DNA of 62,924 bases, filler included, from Lenisia limosa (taxonomy: Eukaryota; Protista; Breviatea), in the NCBI GenBank assembly GCA_001655205.1. It is 14 parts of 14 records of this genome, joined end to end, with 100 filler letters (N's around TTAATTAATTAA, not from the genome) between each part and the next. Parts side by side here need not be neighbours in the genome. Positions count along the whole stretch, not along the records: positions 49,990 to 53,238 come from LPNZ01006063.1; positions 53,339 to 56,241 come from LPNZ01000709.1; positions 56,342 to 57,821 come from LPNZ01000332.1; positions 57,922 to 61,354 come from LPNZ01003056.1; positions 61,455 to 62,924 come from LPNZ01000575.1; 9 more parts are not named here. One strand, given 5' to 3'. Below the pieces are notes generated by a model, which worked only from the letters and a program-made list of their open reading frames with translations, searched no databases and was not told the DNA's origin. Position numbers and translations under genes: made by a program. Every line of letters begins with the position of its first letter. Position 1 is the stretch's first letter. Below, piece by piece: positions 52,801 through 62,924 of the stretch.

Positions 52801-53192
52801 TATACGTCCCATTTTCTTTAATAGTTGAGGATAAAACTTCTTCCTCTGTCACTATTAAGGTTTTTCCATTTGGCATTTGAGAAAAAGCATACAGATTAGA
52901 AGGAGAACAAAGCATATTATTTTCCGTTGGTTCTTCCTGTTTGTTTTTTGATACAAAACAATTCTGGAAATAAAGCTTGAAACAGTTTTTTTTTTCCTAT
53001 CAAGAGCTTTGATGAAATGAGTTTGATAATTTTAAGGGTTTAAATGTGAAGAATTCACTCTTGGAATCTCGTATAATTGGGTTTATTCATAAATTTCCTT
53101 TCTGTGCTTAGCACAAGCACGAGGGTTTTGCAAAAAGACTCCACTTGTTTTGAAGAAAAGGTGAAAACACTCAAGGTAATAAGGCGACCCCC

Positions 53193-53238
53193 CTGAGTGC
53201 GAATTCCAACCTGAGTGCGAATTCCAACCTGAGTGCGA
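53193..53238. repeat. 18-bp tandem repeat (2.5 copies, running into the gap)
   Basis: CTGAGTGCGAATTCCAAC x2 plus CTGAGTGCGA. Confidence 0.9.
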
Positions 53239-53905
53239 NNNNNNNNNNNNNNNNNNNNNNNNNNNNNNNNNNNNNNNNNNNNTTAATTAATTAANNNNNN
53301 NNNNNNNNNNNNNNNNNNNNNNNNNNNNNNNNNNNNNNGTGAAACGAAGGAAATTCCAATGAAGAATATTGGGGTAAAGGTAATAATTACGAACCGAATA
53401 ATCTGAAGCTCTCCAAATAAAAACAAAAAAACAAACATGGATTTTGTTATTGGAAACAAATCGATATCTTTGTCTTTTCACAAATATTATCCATCACTTT
53501 TAATCGTTTATCTGTCCTGGTTTAATGTGGAATGTGTTAATGTGATAATGAAGGCAAAAATGAACAAAAGCGAGTTTAAGTGTCTGTAAAAGTGAGCAAG
53601 AAGAGTAAAGCTGAAAGTGGTGTGGTTAAAAAACGTGGTTGTATGGATGGAGGTGGTGAGATAATCGTCCTTGTGTGTTTTTGGAGGAGGCATTGATAAG
53701 TTGATCAAAGGGGACTGAAAGGGGATTTAGGATTTTTTTGACAAGTCCCCAGGTAGATTGGGACGTGACCCATGATGGGACGTGGGGACTCACGTTCCAA
53801 AATCCCAAATCCTATTCCTTGCCAAATTCTATATTGATATACTGTGTAGTATTAGTATTATAGGATATGATATTGTTTTTACACCTCCCCCATCTCATTT
53901 CTCAG

Positions 53906-54599
53906 CCTACCTGCTGAAGACCTACAACTTCCTGTCAAACTACTTCAAAAACGACATTGCCCTCTCATCCCTCCTCCCCATCACCTCCACCGAGGGCCTT
54001 GTTAATGCCTGCAAAGACGGCGTCCTGCTGAGGTAGGTAATGTATAGGGCTCCGTGCAATTAATTTTTTGGGGAAATTAATTGATAAAGTTTCAAACTAA
54101 AGTGTCTGAAAAGGGGTTCTCGTTACAATATGTCCCTCGTCAGTTTTGAAAATAATTTTTTCAATTAATCGCACTGAGCCTAGTAATATACCAATTTGTT
54201 GTTCCCTCCTTTTCATATGTAGTGTTTAATGGGTTGACTGTACTCTGGGCTTCTCTTTGGTCTGGGTAATATACCAATGGTGACAGAAATGTGCATGTTC
54301 ACTCCACTTCACGCCACATGTTGTGCGTTACTTTGTTTTTACCATGGGATGCAGAAGCGAATGGTCTGGGATTTGTTTTTGTTATTTTTAACCCTCCTAT
54401 GTTCTGCAAATATTTAGCCAACAGAGTTGTTTCTGGGTTTTTGTTTCATAAATTTTTCAATTTTACCCCCCCCCCCCTCAGTCGCCTCTGTGAAAAGGCC
54501 CAGCCCGGCCTGTGCGACTTCGGTTCGGTTGCGGCTAAGGCGAAGAAAACCGGCTTCGAGATCACCAACAACTTGCGACTTGTTGCCGACTGTTTGCAG
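53906..54599 (+). CDS. Calponin-homology domain protein (fimbrin/plastin CH1-like), partial
   Basis: AYLLKTYNFLSNYFKNDIALSSLLPITSTEGLVNACKDGVLLS|RLCEKAQPGLCDFGSVAAKAKKTGFEITNNLRLVADCLQ parallels fimbrin DG(I/V)VLCK...F...ENLNL. Confidence 0.75.
54047..54180. mobile_element. MITE family M3, full copy
   Basis: TA|GGGCTCCGTGCAATTAATT...AATTAATCGCACTGAGCC|TA. Related internal sequence (cagacacttt..tttc.aa..tcaattaattt) occurs at about 38475-38580, 40415-40495, 56468-56580 and 58835-58920. Confidence 0.8.
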
Positions 54600-54912
54600 G
54601 TTGGCTGGGAGGTGTCTGGTTTTTTCTCCCCTGCACGTATTTGGAAAGAATTTTACAGGGCTTCTTTCTGATTGAGGTTCTTGGCCGCTGGGGGTTGAAA
54701 TGTTGGAACTGAAGTTCATCAAGATAAAAAAAAAGATGTTTTAGAGGAGTCTAATTGAACTGAGTGATCGCAGTTTTGTTTTGCGAAGAGTTTCCAAGCC
54801 TCAGCTGCTATGAGGAGTCTGATTTTGTCTTCCCATTCAATTTTGGTACATATCGAATTAATGTCTTCTTGCAGATTTAGAAACCATGATATATCGCTGA
54901 TATGTACGTATA

Positions 54913-54985
54913 CAGTGACCTTGACTTGTCCGATTTGCAATATGATTTCCCAAGGGAAATCGGCCAAGACTTTTCGCGGTCACAA
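54913..54985. mobile_element. MITE family M2, degenerate
   Basis: TA|cagtgacc..gacttgtccgatttg..gatttcccaagggaaatcggccaagactt..cggtcac. Confidence 0.7.
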
Positions 54986-55546
54986 TATGTTTTCAAGTCT
55001 GAAACAGCTACAACACGTGAACAGTATATTTATGGATATTTCACATTTTGTCCGAGTCGGTTATTCGGATGAATTATTTCAGTCAAGGTTTTGTCAAAAA
55101 TTCACGTTGTTTTGGGGCCAAAGGAGCTTCAGAGTTGTTCTCTTTGATATATATAGCAAGAGAAATATAAAACAAGGATGTTACTTCGTTTTTTTGTTTG
55201 GTTTGATTTACGCTAATACTCTTCATCGTATTTTCCTTTGTTTTACTCACCCCCCCCCCCCCCNNNNNNNNNNNNNNNNNNNNNNNNNNNNNNNNNNNNN
55301 NNNNNNNNNNNNNNNNNNNNNNNNNNNNNNNNNNNNNNNNNNNNNNNNNNNNNNNGGACTGCGAAGTGATGCTCTCCGTGACCCTGAAGTGGCCGGGCTA
55401 TTATGATATTATTGAATTAGGGCCGATTTTCCTTGGGACACATAGTAAATCGATCATGGCTTATCCCGGCCAGTGTAAATCCAAGTGATATGACCTCTCC
55501 GATACGAATACATATGATACGTGGGGTATAAGAGGAGTTGTAAGTA

Positions 55547-55641
55547 GGGCTTCCCTACGGTACGAAAAAGACCGTCAAACTATTGATATTTATTGAGAAG
55601 TTATCGGGAAATTCAGTCTTTTTGGGACCGAAGGGAAGCCC
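55547..55641. mobile_element. MITE family M1 (GGGCTTCCCT variant)
   Basis: TA|gggcttccctacggtacgaaaaagac...gtctttttgggaccgaagggaagccc|TA. Confidence 0.9.
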
Positions 55642-55989
55642 TAGTTGTAAGAGGTTGGGCGAGGGGTAGAAATGTGTCCTTCCATATATTAGGAAAAGCT
55701 GGGAGTATCACCTGTGTGAAATCAAGTTTTTCTGACAATAAAAATCAAGTTTTCCTGCCAAAAATCACAATACAACCTTATGTTTTATTTCTCATTGCTA
55801 TATAAAACAAGCTTCCGATAAATCAAGTTTTTCTGACTCTTTCAGCCAAGTCACCTCAACGCCATTGTTATTTGCCTTATTAGGGTATGCGGTTTATCGA
55901 TGTTTTCGGCATATCCCCCCCCCCCCACACACACACGAAGAACTTTTCTCATCCAGGCATGTATTTGTGAAAGAGATGCAGTGTAACTA

Positions 55990-56084
55990 GGGCTTCCCTA
56001 CGGTCCGAAAAAGACCGGTAAAGCATCGATATTTATCGAGGATTTATCGGGAAATTCAGTCTTTTTTGGGACGTAGGGAAGCCC
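55990..56084. mobile_element. MITE family M1 (GGGCTTCCCT variant)
   Basis: TA|gggcttccctacggtccgaaaaagac...gtcttttttgggacgtagggaagccc|TA. Confidence 0.9.
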
Positions 56085-56164
56085 TAAGGGAGACACGCAG
56101 AAAGCTGTGTGCACAGAGTTGTAAGGTGAGTTAATATTATACTATAATACAATACCTCTTATAC

Positions 56165-56222
56165 CAGTGGCCAGGATAAGTTTATCACAAGGCAAATCGG
56201 TCAAGACTTATTCTGGTTACTG
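56165..56222. mobile_element. MITE family M2, internally deleted
   Basis: cagtggccaggataagt...aatcggtcaagacttattctggttactg|TA. Confidence 0.7.
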
Positions 56223-56649
56223 TATGAGTAGCCCCCCCCCCNNNNNNNNNNNNNNNNNNNNNNNNNNNNNNNNNNNNNNNNNNNNTTAATTAATTAANNN
56301 NNNNNNNNNNNNNNNNNNNNNNNNNNNNNNNNNNNNNNNNNGATGAATAATATAGGCGTAAAGGGGAAAGAATGAAAGTTGTATGAAACAAACAAAGCTC
56401 CATCACCTCTCCACCAAAACAACACATGTATAAGAATAGTATACCCCTATAATATGCTTTGCATTAGAACCCAGTGCAATTAATTGAAAAATTAATTTTA
56501 AAATTTGAAGTTGGACATACTATAACGAGATTTACTTTTCAGACATTTAATTTCTAATTTTGTCAATTAATTTCCTCAAATCTAATAATAACCCCATAAT
56601 ATCCCCCCACCCCTAGCTTTTTAGGTATAGTATATAGTATAATAGAACG

Positions 56650-57548
56650 GCCCCCTTACCACAGTCACGGTTACCGCTGATCCTGGGTACTTGGCATGCG
56701 TAATCTGGGAAGTGAGAGATCAATAGGTTTTGAGGATTATTAAAATCATAATAAAATGGGTCCTAAGCGGAGGGGAGAAAGTTGTGATCTAGAAAATGAA
56801 AGTTTTATCGAGGATTTATCGAGAATTCAGTCTTTTTTTGGAACCGAAAGTGAAGCTCTAGCCAGCTTCCACCTTCGATATTCAGCCAACTTAAGAGATT
56901 CAAGTAAAATATCGCTATTGGAGGGGGAAAAAGTTGTGATCTAGAAAATGAAAGCTATATAAAATCTAGAAAAAGAAAGTTCCATAATCTAGAAAATGAG
57001 TATTTTATAATCTTGAAACTGTTTTGTTTTGTAATGGGCAATTAATGTTGAAATTTGAAGGGACAAAGCTAAGCCGCCCTCTCCCCACCTTGAAAGCAAT
57101 TCGTGCGGCCTCTAGCGTTTCGGCGTAAATCACAAAGGCCACAACAATGGCGTTGTTGTTCACAGCCTCAATAGGAGTACTGGGGGGTGTGTTATGTGGA
57201 GATATTGTAATAATAATAAGAGTGATTAGTGATTCAATTTTGAAGGAAGGGAGAGGGGAGAGAGAGAGAAGAGAGAGAGAGAGAGAGCGAGCGTATGAAT
57301 AATAAAAAAGCCCAAAATAAACTCTTGCTCAAATTTGTCGGGGGAAGGAGTTGTGATGGTGGTTGGTTGTGACTTAAATTTGCAATGAATTTATGAAACA
57401 ATCTCCAATCGATGACCCAACGTCCAATGTCGACCTGCTAAACTCCCCTACCAAACCCCTCCAATATCAGCGTACCAGATTTCCTTTGTGAAAGGCCCCT
57501 CAAAATCCTCTTCTGACTCGACTGTTGGAACAAGAAGAAGTTGTCTGG
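56650..57548 (-). CDS. Hypothetical protein, internal exons
   Basis: QLLLVPTVESEEDFEGPFTKEIW and TPIEAVNNNAIVVAFVIYAETLEAARIAFK, each between cccag and gt. Confidence 0.4.
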
Positions 57549-57921
57549 GGAAGGTGACAATAGCAATGAGAAATAAAAATAAGGCTGTATCTGGCCAAAG
57601 CAGTCCCACCATCACGCTTGTAAGAGGTATTGGATTATAGTATCATAATAATTCACCCAATCGTTTGATTTAAAAAAAATATTAACACAGCCTTCTGCGT
57701 GCCCTCCCAACTGAATAACGTCCACTCCACCCCCCTATTCATCACATTATACACCTGTCAACAATATTGTGAAGATGGTGAAGATGGAAAAGATGGTGAA
57801 GCTGCCACCCCCCCCCCCCCCNNNNNNNNNNNNNNNNNNNNNNNNNNNNNNNNNNNNNNNNNNNNTTAATTAATTAANNNNNNNNNNNNNNNNNNNNNNN
57901 NNNNNNNNNNNNNNNNNNNNN

Positions 57922-60900
57922 TGAAGAGGCTTGGTCAATAAGGCATTCAGTGCGCTGATTGAACTTGGCAACTTCCGAGTCAGGCCACCTGACATCAGTA
58001 AAATAGGCAGGCCGGAAAGCTGGAAATTGCAAATATCGCGAAAAATTCAAAACAAAGTAAATTAACTGAAAAATAGTTTTGTGGCAATATCTCTCAAATT
58101 AAATACAATCCTCCAGTCCCAAAAAGCTTGGAAAAAATATTCATATTTATCAAGAATTTATCGAGATCTTTTTTGTAACCTGTACTTGAGTGTGTCATGT
58201 GTGGAATAACTAGGCGAGAAGGGACCCACTCCCGGAGCCTACCAGGGTTCTTGCAAGCCATATTTGTCATATTGTCGACCCTCGTCATCAAATGCGTGTC
58301 CAATCTGCGGATTGAATGAATTGCAATCATCGGGGGTACGTACTAACTGTAAATATGAAGTAATTAATTGACAAAAGGGGGATCTGTAAATTGAATTAAT
58401 TGCAATTATTGGGGTCATATAGCAGTTATTTCAAATTTTGCCGATTTTCCTCAATAATTCGTATCACATAACCATGGCACTCGTCTACTCGCGACCTAAT
58501 ATCAATGCAATCCCAGCGATCTTTAACTCAAAAAAGACCCACCCACCTCATGGCCAGTGACATCACCCACCTCATGGCCAATAACAGCACCCACCTCATG
58601 GCCAATAACAACGCAGACATCTTTTTTTGTTTAATATTTCAATATATATATACTATATATATATATTAAAAAAAAGACCAATCACAGCCTCCCCAACCTC
58701 ATGACCAATGACAGCACCCAGGGCGCCGAAGTTGAAGGACATGGGGTATTTTGCAGAGAAAATAGGCGGCGCAATGATACTGCCAAGTTAACATGAATGA
58801 TTTCCTAACAATCATCAAAAGAGTGGTAAAATATTAAAACACCATGCAATTAATGTGAGAAAATTCAAGTGTCTGCATGTCTCACTTCAATTTTGCAATT
58901 AAATATTCAATTGCAGAATCCTATACAATATCAATATTTATTAAGATTCCCGATAGTTTTAGATAGTTATCGATGATTTATCAAATGATTCCAACCTTTT
59001 TAAGACCCGAGAGAAGCTCCATATTTCATAGCCCAAATCCCCAGAAATCAGAAAAAAAAAAACTGGGAAACGAAACCCCAGTGAAAACCTCGTATGAAAG
59101 CTACGGCTTCATCTTGCTATGGAATTTATTGATGAATCCAAGTATTGAAAGCACCGTCCTTACCTGATTTGAATGGTAATGTCGTTAAATATGGGGTTGT
59201 AATATGCGTCAATGGACTAAAAAAACATCAGAAATTCTGAGGATTGTACGAGGATGGGAGCGAGAAAAAGTGCACCACGTGATTATTGAACGAAGATAAC
59301 ACGATTGTTCCTCAAGTGTGAGCATTGAGACTTGACGGTCAGTTTTCATCCATGGATAAGGTATCATATCATAAATGGAAAATGATAGTTTACACGCGTG
59401 AAAATGAACCAAAAAGTAATATGCGCTTTAAGCTAGCGGACCTGAGTGTTACTACCAAGGAAGTAATCCCCTGGCTCGAAGAACTCCATTGCAGCGACAT
59501 CGAAAAGGTATCTGGAGGGAAGTGAAAATGGAAATATACGATTGAGCTTTATTTCGGTCCAAAAAAACTGAATTTCCCGATTAGGATATCAAATTTCCTC
59601 CGACATAGAATACAACTGCCGACCTAATATTAGCATCTCCCGCCGTAAAAAGGTTCTTCAACAAGTCGGTCTCAAACATCTGCAGGCCCTCATATGAGGC
59701 CCAACTGGGATGTGAAAAACCACAATTCGATTTTAAATCGATTATATTTCTTTGTTTTTAGTAAATCTATTTATTTGTTACCCTTCACATTGGATATTAT
59801 TTCTCTTGTTCAGATATAGGAACAATACAACGATACAACGAATCAACTCAAAATTCTAGTTTAAGGAATTCCATAGAATTCTAGTTTCAAGGGAATTCCA
59901 AAAATTTAGAATTCTCATTTAAATAAATAAAAAAAAACAACCCTGCTGCATACTACTTAGCATGACCGACTTTGGTCTGAATATCCTTGAGTTTGGCAAT
60001 ACACTTATTACGAGTGGACTAGAGGGGGAAGTAAAAGTCATTTTTAACTCTGTGAGGTTAATTGGAAAATTATTGCACAATTATAAGTGCAACATATTGA
60101 AATGTAAACTGAATTTCAGACACTTTCATAAGAAATTATATGTCAAATAATATCTTTAACTAAATAATTGCACTATGTCCTACTTAGAAATGGCCCACCT
60201 TAGTAAGCCAGTCGGAATGTTCCTCAAACACCTTCAACCAGGCTTGAATCACGGAATCCACCATCTCTGCCGCCTTGACTTCATCCTCAGCTTTGAGCAC
60301 TCTGGCGGATTAAGATAATCTACACAAAACGCGTGAATTGCACGAAACAGATGTATCTTTCACAAAAGAATCTAGTGTGCCATAATCTGAATAATCAACT
60401 TCTATTTTTATTACAGTGGCGCACCCAGGCGACTGTTCCAACTAATGCTGTTCTATTTACCTCTTAGCGCTCTCTGGTTAATATGTCAGAGGAATGGTGT
60501 GAAAATCAACAATTTTTAAAAAACATACCCTACGACCGCATGTGCTTGTTAACATAATTATACACGGTAGTGGGAGAAGTAAATATGAATAAAAAAAGTG
60601 TAAAAATCAACAATGATGGCTGGCGCACAAGGGTTGGAAACAACAAAAAAAAAAGCACAGAGCATTCGGTCATATTTATTAAATTCATAACGATGGGGGT
60701 AAGTAAAGGTGAAGTAACCAAAAAACCAACTTAGTGACGTAATGGTGGTCAACCAAAGAGCCAAGCCAGATGTCTACATACTAAATAAGGTAAGTCAGTC
60801 TTCCAAATAAGGTATGGCATTCTTCCAAATAAGATTAGGTTACATATGATACGATATGGTTTATTGATGTCGAAACCGCAAATCTCACCTGCGAACAAAC

Positions 60901-61325
60901 GTCCTCATTTTTGTCAGCATCATTGGAGAAAACTGTCTTGGGATGGTAGCGGGTGCCATTCAGTGCACTGATAGGCAGACCGTCCTGTGCATTTGCCATG
61001 GCTTGGAACTATGCAGGTAACCGATTGAATTCTTGGTAAAAGGTTTGCGAAACAATATAATTGTGAAAGTCTTATTTTTACTCGATCCTGACATACAAGG
61101 AAAAGATCCTTCACTGATTGTTTATCAGCAGTTGAAATCGATCCCAAAACCTAAAAAATGAAAAAGGAGTTTAAAAAAAGGATCAAATGCTATTAAAAGA
61201 CGGGTTTCAAATGACTTGCCTCATTGCACACCCATCACCCTCACTCACGTTGTGGAAATGGTTAATGGGTTTAATCAGGGAATCAGGGTCACCAAGTACA
61301 CGAATGTTGTCATGACCGAGGCTGG
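57922..61325 (-). CDS. M13 family (neprilysin/ECE-like) zinc metallopeptidase, partial
   Basis: EDEVKAAEMVDSVIQAW...DWLTK; SIDAYYNPIFNDITIQI; IIAPPIFSAKYPMSFNFGALGAVIGHE|IGHAFDDEGRQYDKYG; WPDSEVAKFNQRTECLIDQ. The HExxH motif (HEIGH) is split by an intron. Confidence 0.9.
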
Positions 61326-61489
61326 CTGCATATTGATAAATGAATAAAAAAGGGNNNNNNNNNNNNNNNNNNNNNNNNNNNNNNNNNNNNNNNNNNNNTT
61401 AATTAATTAANNNNNNNNNNNNNNNNNNNNNNNNNNNNNNNNNNNNNNNNNNNNGGACTGTAACCAAGAAGCCCTATGAAAACAAATAA

Positions 61490-62886
61490 AAAAATTTGGA
61501 CAAACCATGGAAGAAGGTTGCAACGAGTTTGCGGAAACGAGAAGGTCAAACGTCTCCTGCGGCACCATACACACCAAAAGACGAATTGCATCCTTGTACG
61601 GGGATCGAACCCAGGCCAACGAAGAAACAACTGCCGTCCACATTACAGCCCGAAACTCCTGCGCTCGAGGGTTCATAGGGCTGGGGGTAATAAGCGGAGC
61701 ATAGCAGATATGCGATAAGTTTTCATATTTGTTTCCCCAGATTATTAAAGCATGGTAATTTCTTTATAACCCTCTGTTTATTTATTTATTTCACGGGATA
61801 TATTATTACATATCATATGATATCATATATATTAATATATATAATACATATATCATATATCTAGATATGATATATATATTATATATCATATTATATATAC
61901 ACACACATAGCTACATATCATATTTTTTTTCTTGTTCAAAAACAAATTACTATTTCTTTCTACTTCACTTCGGTTTGGAAAAAAATCGGGAAAATATTGA
62001 TAGTTTTCGAGGCTTTATCGAGAAATTCAGTCTTTTCTCGAATAGAAGTGAGGCTTTATTCTCAAGATAATAATTTCCAGGATATTACTACTCTTAAAAA
62101 TTCAAATTAAACAGGCTTACTCGGAATGATGATCAGAGAAAAACGCTTCATGAATTGTGTCTGGATAATGAATGGTGAGAACTTAAGAAACAAAAGAAAA
62201 CCCAATAATCAACACTGTTGGTTGTAAACTTGAGAAACACAACCAGGTGCCTGGAGGTGCAACAGTAAGGTTCTTGAATTAAACACCCCTCCCCCCACAC
62301 ACAATTTGGGCTTCACTTCGGTCCAAATTAAGACCAAAAAAATATCGATAGTTATCGAGTTTTATCCCCACCTCCCAAAAATCCAAAACTAACCGATACT
62401 AACAGTTCCTATCCAGCTTCTAAAGGCCGCAACTGTTGCGTCCCTGTAAAATCCCTGTTTAGCTACGGGGTTGGCAGCCGACGTGAGTGGCCAAGTAGCA
62501 ATATTGGGGATCTGGGAGAGAATGAAAAGGAGAAATGAAAATCTGAAAAAAACTTTTTTTATTATTATTTCATAAATTTTGCCTTTTCACCCCCCACCAA
62601 TGGAGCATTATGAGGGTCGGATTGAGAGGCAAGGCTTGCACATACTGCTGGGTGAAAAAGGGGCAATAATTGGTCTATATTGCATTACCATTAATTTTCG
62701 AAGATTTATCGAAAAATACAGTCTTTTTACGAAACAAAGTGAAGCCCTAATTATGAGGCCCCACCTCCTACCATTAGCCAAACTTGGTGTTATAGCTGCG
62801 GCGGCAGGGCCCGGTCGCGACTCTGCCAGAAGACGGAGGCTCGTGTTTATAGCCATGCCGGCTCGGGTTTGGAGATCATGGGTTCC
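61490..62886 (-). CDS. Hypothetical protein, internal exons
   Basis: GT-AG exons GTHDLQTRAGMAINTSLRLLAESRPG..., QYVQALPLNPTLIMLHW, IPNIATWPLTSAANPVAKQGFYRD and PMNPRAQEFRAVMWTAVV... Confidence 0.45.
61964..62056. mobile_element. MITE family M1, degenerate
   Basis: cttcacttcggtttggaaaaaa...atcgagaaattcagtcttttctcgaatagaagtgaggc. Half copies also lie at about 17512-17555, 56803-56857, 62308-62360 and 62695-62748. Confidence 0.7.
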
Positions 62887-62924
62887 TGGGGGAGGGGGGG
62901 TAAACGAAGAAAATTTCGATGAAG

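Noticed and set aside
58470-58520. Reading GIALILGRE suggesting an inactive M13 site (H to R)
   Set aside because: It has no phase-compatible donor. The true upstream exon (ending GAVIGHE at 58698) restores an intact HEIGH.
58542-58613. Short direct repeats as a CRISPR array (also 53193-53238)
   Set aside because: The units are contiguous with no spacers, the context is eukaryotic, and there are no cas genes.
61590-61625. GGGTTCGATCCCC resembling a tRNA T-loop/B-box
   Set aside because: No cloverleaf or A-box, and it lies within an open GT-AG bounded exon (WVRSP).

Overview
Intron-rich eukaryotic (protist-like) nuclear DNA from a fragmented draft assembly; I cannot identify the organism from sequence alone. 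Thirteen N-runs contain an artificial all-frame-stop linker (TTAATTAATTAA), so the window is about 14 contigs whose adjacency is unproven. Many of the other N-runs abut long G or C homopolymers at intron ends. Genes were reconstructed by hand from GT-AG exons of about 40-230 nt, which the ORF track mostly misses. They are: a dynein heavy chain fragment, an SLC19-type folate/thiamine carrier, an Oca1/Siw14-type phosphatase, a multipass membrane protein, a low-complexity repeat protein, two ankyrin proteins, CSTF2/Rna15, Mtr4, a CHASE4-like/TM/HAMP sensor fragment, a UBR-box protein, a fimbrin-like CH domain and an M13 metallopeptidase. Mobile DNA includes a pogo/DDE_1 transposase relic, at least four TA-flanked MITE families, and an intronless degenerate YqaJ/lambda-exonuclease element. 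The most striking unexplained patterns concern intron architecture. (1) A dispersed repeat family sits at intron ends. In sense orientation it supplies the C-tract plus AG, and in inverted orientation it supplies a G-run after GT. One 70-nt intron consists entirely of it (introner-like). (2) At least five exon-intron junctions are duplicated into the neighbouring intron, two of them showing mainly synonymous divergence.
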